From contig NW_027251843.1 in assembly GCF_044704955.1 (NCBI RefSeq), positions 806,001 to 870,000 on the forward strand: a stretch of DNA of 64,000 nt, given 5' to 3'. This DNA is from Pristiophorus japonicus (Eukaryota). Numbering within the stretch: position 1 is the stretch's first letter; each line of letters opens with the position of its first letter. The translations under genes were made by a program, and so were the position numbers. Shown here one piece after another: positions 48,690 through 60,699 of the stretch. A model generated the notes under the pieces. That model saw nothing but the letters and a program-made list of their open reading frames with translations, was not told where the DNA came from and did not search any database.

Positions 48690-50095
48690 GCCCTGCACTT
48701 CTTGGCTCAGTGACCTTCTTTCCCACAATAATGACATTTTCCGGGTCATTTTCCCATTAACTGTTTATCGGAATTCTGGGATTTCTATCCCATATCCTGT
48801 ACAGCTCGGACTTTAGCTCCCATATACCGATCTAATTGGTTACATCGATCCACCAATGCTGCAAAGGTAGTTCCTCGACCTTCCCAGTCCGGTAACACTA
48901 CGTTAAGCATTTTGGACAGTTCTGGCTTTAGACCTGCCACGAAAGCTGCTTTCAGGGGTCCAAACACTTGTTCATCCATTTCCTCATCCGTATTATTCAT
49001 ACCTGAATGTTCCAGCCACGTGCATCTAAACCGCTCGTCATACTCCAGGACCTCCTCTGTTCCTTTCTGTTGGCAGGCTGCAATTTTTCCCCAGTCTGTC
49101 TTAGCTGGACTGAAGGCTTGCAGCCAGTGTTTAATCACCTCCCACCCTGTGTCTAATTCTTGCTTATCCTGCCCCAAAGCTTCTTCTACCTTGTCGTGCA
49201 ATTTTCTTCCCTGTGTTTTTGGCACCATTATGGTCAAAATTTGTACTCCGTCCCAGGGATGAAGTTGATATATATTTCTTAAGCGGTCCAATTGGTCCCA
49301 CGTTTTCACTCCCCCTTTCTTTGGATTGGCCAATTCCTTGGACCATTTATCAATTTTCTCTGGGTCTGCCGGATCATGAACCAAGTATTTTTCGTACATC
49401 CTTTTCCTCGTTTTTTTGGTTCCGCCCTCATCCGCAGTCTCTTCTGATTTGACTACAACTGGTCTTTTTTTAAATGGGGCAAAGCGCACCCCTAATTCTT
49501 CATCCTCCGACCCTGTATCGTCGGAGGATTCAGAATTCGTATCGATTCCTCGGTCGTGTCTTGGGGTTTGCGCTTTTAATTTATCCAAACATGGGTACCC
49601 TGGGAATTGACCGATACATTTTCCTTTTCCTATTACTGTCTCTTGACCTAATGATTTTTTCCATTCTTTAATTTCACCTTTAAGATCTTTAACTTCCGCT
49701 TCCAGCTTTTCAAGTTCAAGCTTTTTCTGTCGCAGCTGTGCACAAACAGCTTGCAATTGATCCTTTGTACTGGTCAGTTCTCGATCAGGTTGGGAACGCA
49801 TTATAATTTCATTCCAGTTTCGGATCGTTCCCATAACGGCTAGGGACCATCTAGTTCGCTCTTTATTTTTCATACGGATCGTTTTTCCCCAGACCCTTTT
49901 AATCTCGTCCAAGGACCATTGTCCTTTGGAGGTTCCGTACTTTTGTTCGATCTTAATATAGGTTTTAGATAAATTGAATTGTTGCTCCATGTATTCTTTC
50001 AACTGTTCGAGAATTTCATCTAGCGAAACCTCAGGTGGTGCTTGCCCATCTTTAACAGTTGTAGGCAATTCTTTGCTCTTATCTCCTGCTGCCAT
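48690..50095 (-). pseudogene. gag: ERV gag (436-aa ORF plus a stop-interrupted NC zinc knuckle)
   Basis: Coiled coil, MHR-like QQKGTEEVLEYDERF, then CHYCGKEGH*AKKC downstream of premature stops. Confidence 0.85.
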
Positions 50096-50362
50096 AATAC
50101 TGATTTTTTTTACTGGAGTCTCGAGTCATAGGCTTTCTAGCCGATCAATAGGTCGGTGATTAATTAACTAACACAACGCCGAAGTTTAGACGTCTATGGG
50201 ACCTCGAACCGACTACCAACTGGAGGGTTCGCAAACCGGAGGCTTTTGGAATCACGAAGAAGGAGAGGCGAATTTAGACTTTTGACTGAGGACTTTTATA
50301 AAGAGGAGCCCTTACCCCAGTATGTAGGTCCGATGTCCAAAATTCAGTTTCTTCCCTCAGCG

Positions 50363-50380
50363 ATCTTGTTCGTGACACCA
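50363..50380 (-). promoter_or_regulatory. Primer-binding site, tRNA-Ser(CGA)-like
   Basis: TGGTGTCACGAACAAGAT next to the 5' LTR; two mismatches to the complement of the recalled vertebrate tRNA-Ser-CGA 3' end (ATCCTGTTCGTGACG-CCA). Confidence 0.75.
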
Positions 50381-50384
50381 AAAT

Positions 50385-50745
50385 TGTTAGATCTCTTAAT
50401 TTCCAATGAAATACGAACTCCGATTGTAGTTTTAATGTCACTTTATTTTTGGCAGCAGTAAGAAGCTCTTGGCTTTAAGCCAGGTCTTTGTCCTTCTGAT
50501 ATCACATAGTCAAAATGGCTGTACTTATACCTGGATCAATTTACAGAAAAGAACTCGCCTTCTTTGACCTTATTGGCTTAATTAATCGTCTTTTAACCTT
50601 TTAATTGGCTCGCTACCCAAAGTCCTAAAATGTCAAGTTGATTGATGACTTAATGCAACATGCTCCCACTCACATAGCAGCTCTGACTTGGTGTCTGTGA
50701 ATTTTCACAGCCTGTCTGAATGCAACCAGTTTGAATTATCTATCA
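50385..50745 (-). repeat. ERV 5' LTR
   Basis: Direct repeat of 43120-43473. Confidence 0.95.
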
Positions 50746-53404
50746 AATATTGTGTTCATTTTTGGTCATCTAGTCTGAAGAAGGACGTTCTTGCTATTGA
50801 GGGAGTGCAGCGAAGGTTCACCAGACTGATTCCAGGGATGGCTGGGCTCTCATATGAGGAGAGACTGGATCAACCGGGCCTTTATTCACTGGAGTTTAGA
50901 AGGATGAGAGAGGATCTCATAGAAACAGATAAGATTCTGACGGGACTGGACAGGCTAGATGTGGGAAGAATGTTCACGATGTTGGGGAAGTCCAAAACCA
51001 GGGGACATAGTCTGACGATAAGAGATAAGCCATTTTGCATGGAGATGACGAGAAACTTCTTCACTCAGAGTTGTTAACCTGTAGAATTCCCTGCCGCAGA
51101 GAGTTGTTGATGTCAGTTCATGGATATATTCAAGAGGGAGTTAGATATGGCCCTTACGGCTAAAGGGGTATGGAGAGAAAGCAGGAAAGGGGAACTGAAG
51201 GAATGATCAGCCATGATCTTATTGAATGGCGGTGCAGGCTCAAAGGGCTGAATGGCCGACTCCTGCACCTATTTTCTATGTTTCTATGGTCACCATTACT
51301 AACACTAGCTTTTTTATTCCAGATTTATTTAATTAACTAAATCTAAATTTCCCAGCTGCTGTGATGGGATTTGAACTCATGTCTGTGGATCATTGGTTCA
51401 GGTCTCTGGATTACGAGTTTAGTAGCATTACCACTATGCTACCATTCCCCATTCCATGGGCTCCAAATTTGCTGGCAAGCCTATTATGTGGCAATTTATC
51501 AAATGTCTTTTGGAATACGTCAACCGCATTATCCTCATCAACCCTCTCTGTTACCTCATCAAAAAACTCAATCAAATTGGCTAAACACAATTTGCCTTCA
51601 ACAAATCTATGTTGGTTTTCCTTAATTAATATTCCTCAGATAATGAAGCATAGAAACATAGAAAATAGGTGAAGGAGTAGGCCATTTGGCCCTTCAAGCC
51701 TGCACCACCATTCAATAAGATCATGGCTGATCATTCCCTCAGTACCCCTTTCCTGCTTTCTCTCCATATCCCTTGATCCCCTTAGCCGTAAGGGCCATAT
51801 CTAACTCCCTCTTGAATATATCCAATGAACTGGCACATGCCCACATGCAGCAAAACCTGGACGACATTCAGGCTTGGGCTGATAAGTGGCAAGTAACATT
51901 CACACCAAACAAGTGTCAGGCAATGAGCATTCTCCCAACAAGAGAGAATCTAACCACTGCCCCTTGACATTCAACGGCATTACCATCGCCAAACCTCCCA
52001 CCACCTACATCCTGGGGGTCACCATTGACCAGAAACTTAACATAAATACTGTGGCAACAAGAGCAGGTCAGAGGCTGGGTATTCTGTGGCGAGTGTCTCA
52101 CCTCCTGACTCCCCAAAGCCTTTCCACCATCTACAAGGCACAAGTCAGGAGTGCAATGGAACCTCTCCACTTGCCTGGCTGAGGGCAGCTCCAACAATTC
52201 TCAAGATACTCGACACCATCCAGGACAAAGGAGCCCGCTTGATTGGCACCACCACCTTAAACATTCACTCCCTCCACCACCGACGAACCGTGGCTGCAGT
52301 GTGTACTATGTACAAGATGCACTGCAGCATCTTGCCAAGGCTTCTTCGGCAGCACCTCCCAAACCCACGATCTCTACCACTTAGAATGACAAGTGCTGCC
52401 GGCGCATGGGAACACCATCACCTCCAAGTTCCCCTCCAAGTCACACACCATCCAGACTTGGAAACGTATATTCTGTTCCTTCATCGTCAGGAGATCAAAA
52501 TCATGGAACTTCCTCAATGTCATCATCATCATAGGCAGTCCCTCGAAATGAGGATGACTTGCTTCCACGCCGAAAAGGGATGAGTTCACAGGTATTTCAT
52601 TGCTATTCCGGATCCCAAACTACATCCTGAAGGGTGGAAGATGTCTGTGCATGGACTTTTTTTAACGTGTGGTGGCCGTTGCACATCAGCCACTACACGG
52701 GCTTGAAAGAGCTAGGTCTTGGTCTAGTGGCAAGGATTAACCAAGACGACCAGAGACCAGCTCTGCTGCATGGACCTAGTGCGCACACATATAACAATGT
52801 GGGCTGGCCCGTGCTGTCCCTGGGCCCTCGCCTCTCCTGGGCACCGATCACATCATTCTGCAAACTATTGCCGCTCCTTCGTCCTGACATTGCCATTCCT
52901 GCTGTACCTGCCCACAGTGCATCAGCAGGTGCTGCTCCCTCTAATGGCCCCGGCCTGCATTTGGCCATGGCTTTGTCTGCTGCGTCATGATGAACGGCGT
53001 ATCCGAGATATCGGAGAGAAGGTATTCTAAGTCGCAGAGAATTGTGTCCCCCTCCTCCATGGGGACTGAATCTTGTTATATTTGACTTGAACATTTTTCC
53101 ACACTCTTTGCAATGATATCCTCGTTTTCCAGGCTGGACAAATCATCATCTCTATTCTTGTGTGATCTCTTTTTAAAATAGTTCCTCCATTTATGATATT
53201 CTTTAATTACAACCTCAATCTTCCTTTTCTAATAGTTGCCCTCCAATACGATTGCCTCTGGTTTACGGTGTTCATCAGCCTCAGTGCCTCCAATGGAGTG
53301 ATAAACCCACACACTTGAGTGATACCCCTCAATAACAGCACTTTGGGACTGCAGCGGATCAAGAAGGCGGCTCGCCATCATCTTCTCAAGGGCAATTAGG
53401 GATG

Positions 53405-54335
53405 AGAAGTTGACGTATGAAGATAGGTTGAGTAGGTTGGGCCTATACTCATTGGAGTTCAGAAGAATGAAAGGTGATCTTATTGAAAGATACAAGATAA
53501 TGAGGGGGCTCGGCAAGGTGGATGCAGAGAGAATATTTCCACTCATAGGGGAAACTAAAACTAGGGGGCATAGTCTCAGAATAAGGGGCCGCCCATTTAA
53601 AACTGAGATGAGGAGGAATTTCTTCTCTCAGATGGTTGTAAATCTATGGAATTCTCTGCCCCAGGGAGCTGTGAAGGCTGGGTCATTGAATATATTTAAG
53701 GCGGAGATCGACAGATTTTTGAGCGATAAGGGAATATAGGGTTATGGAGAGCGGGCAGGGAAGTAGAGCTGACTCCATGATCAGATCAGTCATGATCTTA
53801 TTTAATGGCGGAGCAGGCTCGAGGGGCCAACTTATCTTGCGCAGTAATCTTTTGTGTTAGCTTATTGAATGCTTTCTGGAAATCCAAATGCATCACAACC
53901 ATTGGTTCCCCCTTTTCCACCCTGCTCGTTACATCCTTAAAGAACTCCAGCAAATTGGTCAAACATGACTTTCCCTTCATAAAACCATGCTAACTCTGCT
54001 TGATTGAATGATGCTTTTCCAAATGTCCTGCTACTGCTTCCTTAATAATGGACTCCAGCATTTTCCCAACCACAGATGTTGGGCTAACTGGTCTATAGTT
54101 TGCTGCTTTCTGTCTCCCTCCTTTTTTAAATAGGGGCGTTATATTTGCAGTTTTCCAATCCGCTAGGACCTTTCCAGAATCCAGGGAACTTTGGTAGATT
54201 GCAACCAATGCATCCACTATCTCTGCAGCAACTTCATTTAAGACCGTACGATGCAGGCCATCAGGTCCAGGGGATTTGTCCACCTTTAGTTCCATCATTT
54301 TACCAAGTACTTTTTCTGTAGTGATAGTGATTGTT
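53405..54335. mobile_element. CR1 3' end (+) abutting a CR1 RT fragment (-)
   Basis: ORF 53410-53739 (+); ORFs 53798-54298 (-). Confidence 0.85.
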
Positions 54336-54929
54336 TTCTCAGCACAGAATCTCTCACACCCAGAATCTCAGAACAGACTCTTCTTCAAAAGAGTTCCTGT
54401 TTATTTTTCACGGGATTCGGGGGGTGGGGGGGTGCGGTGTGAGGGGTGGGCTGTGGGACATTGGCTGAAAGATCTGATTCTGTGAGTAGGACAATGTCAG
54501 GCTGGTGCTTGACTAGTCTGTGGGGCAGCTCTCCCACTTTTGACACAAGTCCCCAGATGTTGGTGAGGAGGACGTTGCAGGGTCAGTACTGAGCCTGGGT
54601 CCGCTGTCCGAGCCGGTCCGAGCTGCTGTTATTCTGCCTGATTGGACGGTTATTATTAGAGACTCAGACCGCAGCAGAAATCCCCCGTGCAAAAAATAAC
54701 TGAAGAGACTGTCAGATCGGAAGAATGAAACTTCACCCACAGAGGAAGTGAAAGAGGGAGGTTGTCACAGCTGTACGTTTGTTAATGACACGGGAGAAAA
54801 CTGTGAACCGCGTTCACAGCCTAGAATCTTACAACACAGAAGGAGGCCATTCTGCCCATCATGCCTGTGCCGGCTCTTTGAAAGAATTACCCATTTAGTC
54901 CCACTCCTCCTCACTTTAAGAACATATTG

Positions 54930-57290
54930 AACATAAGAAATAGGAGCAGGAGGAGACCATATGGCCCCTCGAGCCTGCTCTACCATTTAATGAGATCATG
55001 GGTGATCCGATCATGGACTCAGCTCCACTTCCGTGCCCACTCCCCATAACCCCTTATTCCCTTATCGGTTAAGAAACTGTCGCTCGCTGTCTTAAATTTA
55101 TTCAATGACCCAGCTTCCACAGGTCTCTGAGGCAGCGAATTCCACAGATTCACAACCCTCTGAGAGGAAAAATTCCTCCTCATCTCAGTTTTAAATGAGT
55201 GGTCCCTTATTCTAAGATCATGCCCCCTCGTTCTAGTCTCTCCTATCAGTGGAAACATCCTCTCTGCAACCACCTTGTCGAGCCCCCTCATAACCTTATA
55301 CGTTGCGATAAGATCACCTCTCATTCTTCTAAATTCCAATGAGCAAGGGCACAACTGACTCAACCTTCCTCAAAAGTCAATCCCCTCATCCCCGGAATCA
55401 CCCCAGTGGTGACTTTGGTGGCTTCTTCTTTCTCTTCCTGCTCCTTGTCCTCCTCCACTTCATTGGAATGCAGATCAGATGAGGAGTGCTGAGCTACTGG
55501 TTCCTCCTGCACAAATAGTCCTCATTGCTGTGCTATGTTTTTCACAATGCAGCACACCACGATTATCCTGTACATCCTCGCTGGTGAGTGGTGAAGTGCG
55601 CCTCCATACCTGTCCAGGCACCTGAAGCGCCTCTTGCTCAATGACACATCTGGTACAGCAGGTGGTGAAGAAGGCAAATGGCATGTTGGCCTTCATAGCG
55701 AGAGGATTTGAGTATAGGAGCAGGGAAGTCTTACTACAGTTGTACAGGGCCTTGATGAGGCCACACCTTGAATATTGTGTACAGTTTTGGTCTCCTAAAG
55801 GACATTCTTGCTATTGAGTGAGTGCAGCGAAGGTTCACCAGACTGATTCCCGGGATGACAGGAATGACAAATGAAGAAAGACTGGATCGACTAGGCTTAT
55901 ATTCAATTAAATTTAGGAGAATGAGTGGGGATCTCATCGAAGCATGTAAAATTCTGCCGGGATTGGACAGATTAGATGCAGGAAGAATGTTTGCGATGTT
56001 GGGGAATTCCAGACCAGGGATCACAGTCTGAGGATAAGGGGTAAGCCATTTAGAACCGAGTTGAGGAGAAAATTCTTCAGTCAGAGAGTTGTGAGCATGT
56101 GGAATTTTCTGCCACAGAAAGTTGTTGAGGCTACTTTGTTAGATATATTCAAAAGGGAGTTAGATATGGCCCTTATGGCTAAAGGGATCAAGGGGTATAG
56201 AGAGAAAGCAGGAATGGGGTACTGAAGTTGCATGATCAGCCATGATCATATTGAATGGTGGTGCAGGCTCGAAGGGCCAAATGGCCTACTCCAGCACCTA
56301 TTTTCTTTGTTTGTATGTTTCTATGAACCTTCTCTGAACTGCTTGAAAGTTTATCCTTTCGTAAATATGGAAAGCATAACTGTATGCAGTTTTCCAGGTG
56401 TGGCCTCACCAATACCCTGTATAATTGTATCAAGACTTCCCTGCTTTTATACTCCATCCCCTTTGCAATAAAGGCCAAGATTCAATTTGTTTTCCTGATC
56501 AATTGCTGTATCTGCATACTATCCTGTTGTTCTTCATGCACCAGGACCCCCAGGTCCTGCTGTACTGAAGCACTTGGTAATTTGTTTCCATTTAAATAAT
56601 AACTTGCTCAATGATTATTTGTGGCAAAGGGCATAACCTCACACTTTCCAACATTATACACCACCTACCAAATATTTGCCCACTCACTTAGCTTGTCGAT
56701 GTCTTTTTGCAGATTTTGTGTGTGCTCCTCACACATTGCTTTTCCTCCCATCTTTGTATCATCAGCAAATTTGGCTACATTACACTCAGTCCCTTCATCC
56801 AAGTCGTTAATATAGATTGTAAATATTGAGGTCCCAGCACTGATCCCTATGGCACCTCACTAGTTCCTGATTGCCAACCTGAGAATGAACCATTTATCCC
56901 GACTCTCTGTTTTCTGTTAGTTAGCCAATCCTCTAACCATGCTAATATATTACCCCCAACCCCATGAACTTTTATCTTGCGCAGTAACCTTTTATGTGGC
57001 ACCTTGTCAAATGCCTTCTGGAAGTCCAAATACACCACACCCACTGGTTCCCCTTTATCCACCCTGTTCTTTACAACCTCGAAGAATTCCAACAAATTTG
57101 TCAAGCATGACTTCCCCTTCATAAATCCATGCTGACTCTGCCTGACTGAATTATGCTTTCCCAAATCTCCTGCTACTGCTTCTTTAACAATGGACTCCAA
57201 CATTTTCCCAACTACAGATGTTAGCCTAACTGGTCTATAGTTTCCTGCTTTTTGATTGCCTTCTTTTCTAAAGAGGGGCATTACTTAAAT
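54930..57290. mobile_element. Nested CR1 fragments plus a Harbinger transposase fragment (55410-55650, -)
   Basis: CR1 ORFs 55019-55363 (-), 55822-56031 (+) and 56847-57281 (-); VIEQ / RFRCLDR / IIVVCC-like remnant and acidic tail at 55410-55650. Confidence 0.75.
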
Positions 57291-58344
57291 CTAGTTTTCC
57301 ACAGCACTAGACTGCCCCTAACCTGGGCACAAAATTGGCATCTCATTCATTCACTGGGACAGGAAATGCCTGGTGTGGAACATGGAGCCCAGGGCTCTGA
57401 ACATTCCCTCTCCTCTCCTGAGGAAGGCTTCATGCTGGGGTCCAGTTCCATGGGCCCTGACAGCACGTTCCAACCTCACCCACTTCCCCATTCCACGTGT
57501 GTAAGCCTGGACTCTCTCAGCAGGATATCCGACTGCCTCACCACTGTGTCCAGCACTATCAACACCCGAAATCCACACACAGTCTGCATTGATCTGGTGC
57601 CTTTAACGTGCCAACATTCTCAAGATGCTTGCCAACAGGATAACTGACCGCAGGGCACCTCACCCTCAGCACAGACTCTGAGGGCAGGGATGTCAGGGGC
57701 AGTAGGTCAGTGTGGTCCAATAGGAAGGAGCAATGTTGCCTGGTCCCTATTGCGGGACCAATAGGAAGGAGCCATGTTTCCTGGTCCCTACTGGCGAACC
57801 AATAGGAAGGAAATATGTTGTCTGGGCTCGATTGGAGGACCAGTGGGATATGGAGTCCATGGTCGACGTGGAGTGCGGACCCTTCCTGGTGCAAATTTTG
57901 GATCATTGGCACACCCTGACCTGGAGCCGGGCCATGGAAGGGGAAGGAGAGGGGAAGGGATTCGAAGATGTTCTGAGCAGACAGGATGGGGCAGTGGGTC
58001 AGACCCTGTCCTGTCACTCCAGCTCACACTGATGGGGTGAGGATCTCCTCCCTCTGTTGAGCCTTCATGAAATGAGCTTTCTGTCCAAACCGGTCCCCAC
58101 TGAGAATAGGCCCACAGCACAGAACGGCCCTTAATTGGGCAATAAACAGCCAGTGTATTGAGAGAGGCAAAGGGATGGCCACTGTGGGAATGGGGCCTTA
58201 CTCCAGGAGAAGGCATGCTCTGGGGTCAAGGATTAACATCCATTGGTGAGGCAGGGCACAGGGAGGTTTACTCTGCATTTCAGTGTGCTGCACCTGGGAG
58301 TCTGTGGGGAAGGGAGAGCGAGAGACGGAGACAGAGTGGGAGAC

Positions 58345-60135
58345 TGCCACTCAGCCAATTTTGGATCCCACTTGCCACTTTCCCTTGGATCCCTGGGCTT
58401 TTAACTTTTCTGCCATGTGAGACTTTACCAAATGCCTTGCAAAAATCCATGTAGACAACATCAAAGGTGCAACATTCATCGACCCTCCTTGTTATCTCCG
58501 CAAAAAATTCATCAAGTTAGTCAGGCGCAACCTTCCACTAACAAATCCATGCTGACTGTCCTTGATTAATCCGTCCCTTTCTATATGACAATTTATCCTC
58601 TCCCTCAGATTTGTTTCCAATAATTTTCCCACCACTGAGGTTAGGCTGACTGGCCTGTAATTACTCGGTCTATCCCTTTCTCACTTTTTAAACAAAGGTA
58701 CACGTTAGCAGTCCTCCAGTCCTCCAACACTACACCTGTAGCCAGGGATGATTGGAAAATGATGGTCAGAACCTCCGCTATTTCCTCCCTTGCTTCTCTT
58801 AAAAGCTTGGGATATATTTCAACTGGGCCTGGAGATTTATCCACTTTCCAAGAAGCTAAATCCCTTAATGCTTCCTCTCTCACTATGTTTATCACATCTA
58901 ATATTTCATACTTCTCCTTAATTACAATGCTTGCATCGTGCCTCTGTTCTGTGAAGACAGATGCAAAGTATTCACTTACAACCATACCCACATCTTCCAC
59001 CTCCACACACAGGTTACCTTTTTGGTCTCCAATCGGCCCAACTCTTTCCTTAGTTATCCTCTTGCTCTTTATGTATTTACAAAGCATCTTTGGGTTTTCC
59101 TTGATTTTACTTGCCAATATTTTTTCATGCCCTTTCTTTGTATTCCTAGTTTCCTTTTTAATTTCACCCCTGCACTTCCTATATGCCTCTGGGCTTTCTG
59201 CAGTATTTAGCTCTGGGTATCTGACACAAGCTTCCCTTTTTTGCCTTATCCTACCCTGTATGCCCTTTGCCATCCAGGGGGCTCTAGATTTGGGAGTGCC
59301 ACCCTTTTCCTTTGTGGGAACATACTTGCTCTGAACCCTAACTATCTCCCCCTTGAATACCTCCCACTGCTCTGACACTGATTTACCTTCAAGTAGCTGT
59401 TTCCAGCCCACTTTTGCTAAATCACCTCTCAGTTTAGTAAAATGGGCCTTTCTGCAATTGAGAACCTTTATTCCTGCTCTATCTTTGTCCTTTTACATAA
59501 CTACGCTAAATTTAACTCAGGTGGGCATGAAAGCTCATATAATCATGATTGGAAGGACAAGGGGATTCTTTCCAGTGTCCTGGCCAATATTTATCCCACA
59601 ACTAACATAGTTAAAACCGATGATCTGGTCATGATCTCATTGCAGTCTGGAGCTTCGTAGAATCAGAGAAATTTACAGCATGAAAGGAGGCCATTCGTCC
59701 CATCGTGTCCACGCCGGCGGACAAAGATCTATCCAGCCTAATCCCACTTTCCAGCTCTGGGTCCGTAGCCCTGTGGGTTACGGCATTTCAAGTGTACATC
59801 CAAGTACTTCTTAAATGTGCTAAGGGTTTCTGCCTCTACCACCCTTTTAGGCAGTGAGTTCCAGACCCCCACCACCCTCTGGGTGAAGACATTTCCCCTC
59901 AAATCCCCTCCAAACCTCCCACCAATTACTTTAAATCTATGCCCTGGTTGTTGACCAGTCTGCTGAGGAAAATAGGTCCATCCAATCCACTCTATCTAGG
60001 CCCTTTATAATTTTATACACCTCAATTAAATCTCCCCTCAGCCTCCTCTGTGCCAAAGAAAACAAACCCAGCCTATCCAATCTTTCCTCATAGCTAAAAT
60101 TTTCCAGTCTTCGCAACATCCTCGTAAACCTTCCT
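58345..60135 (-). mobile_element. CR1 LINE fragments
   Basis: ORFs 58641-59411 and 59937-60158. Confidence 0.85.
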
Positions 60136-60699
60136 GTGTGCAATTGGTTGTAAAGCACCTTGGGATGTCCTGAGGTTGTGAAAGGCGCTATATAAATTCA
60201 AGGCTTTCTTTCATTGAAGTGAGAGGTCCCTGATCCTGACCCTCGCCCATTGTCCACGCACTCTGACCTTCCAGGAGGTCACGGGATCATTGGGAGCAGT
60301 GACCCTGCCTGACCCCGGTACACTGAGGCTAATTGTAGCCTCACCCTTGACCTCACCCCCGTGCTGAGCAGCAAGCTTTTAAATGCAATCTAGAAGCTTC
60401 TACACCGACACCCAACATGAAGCCTTGCTGAAGTGTGTTTATACAAGTGTGCCGCAATGTTCCCGGATAAAGTTCTCCCGATCTGTGTGTGATCTGAGCT
60501 TTCTCTCTCGAGGCCGAAGGAGGAAAGCAGGGAGGATATGTGGGGGAGAAACCTGGGCTGGTCGGCAATAGATGGCCATTTTAAGGGGTGAAGACTGGAA
60601 CACATGTCACAATGGCCCGCTCTGATGTCACAACAAAATGCTCTGATGTCACAACCACTTCCTCATGACGTCATTAAACAGTTTCAATCCCCGACACAT

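Larger units (their letters stand above)
43120..50745 (-). mobile_element. Full-length decayed endogenous retrovirus (LTR-gag-pro-pol-env-LTR)
   Basis: Two similar LTRs with TG...CA ends, 5-bp TSD AATAT (43115-43119 and 50746-50750), PBS, PPT, and gag/pol/env remnants. Confidence 0.97.
42435..51290 (+). mobile_element. CR1 LINE split by the ERV (parts 42435-43119 and 50746-51290)
   Basis: CTGGAATAT|TGTGTTC continues across the insertion, with AATAT duplicated. Confidence 0.9.
54470..60505 (+). repeat. Inverted segmental duplicate of the non-coding flanks of the Ig cluster
   Basis: 54470-54905 matches 35090-35520; 57305-57640 matches 34680-35015; 57715-58340 matches 28070-28790; 60080-60505 matches 10590-10995. 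All are reverse-complement and collinear. Confidence 0.88.
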
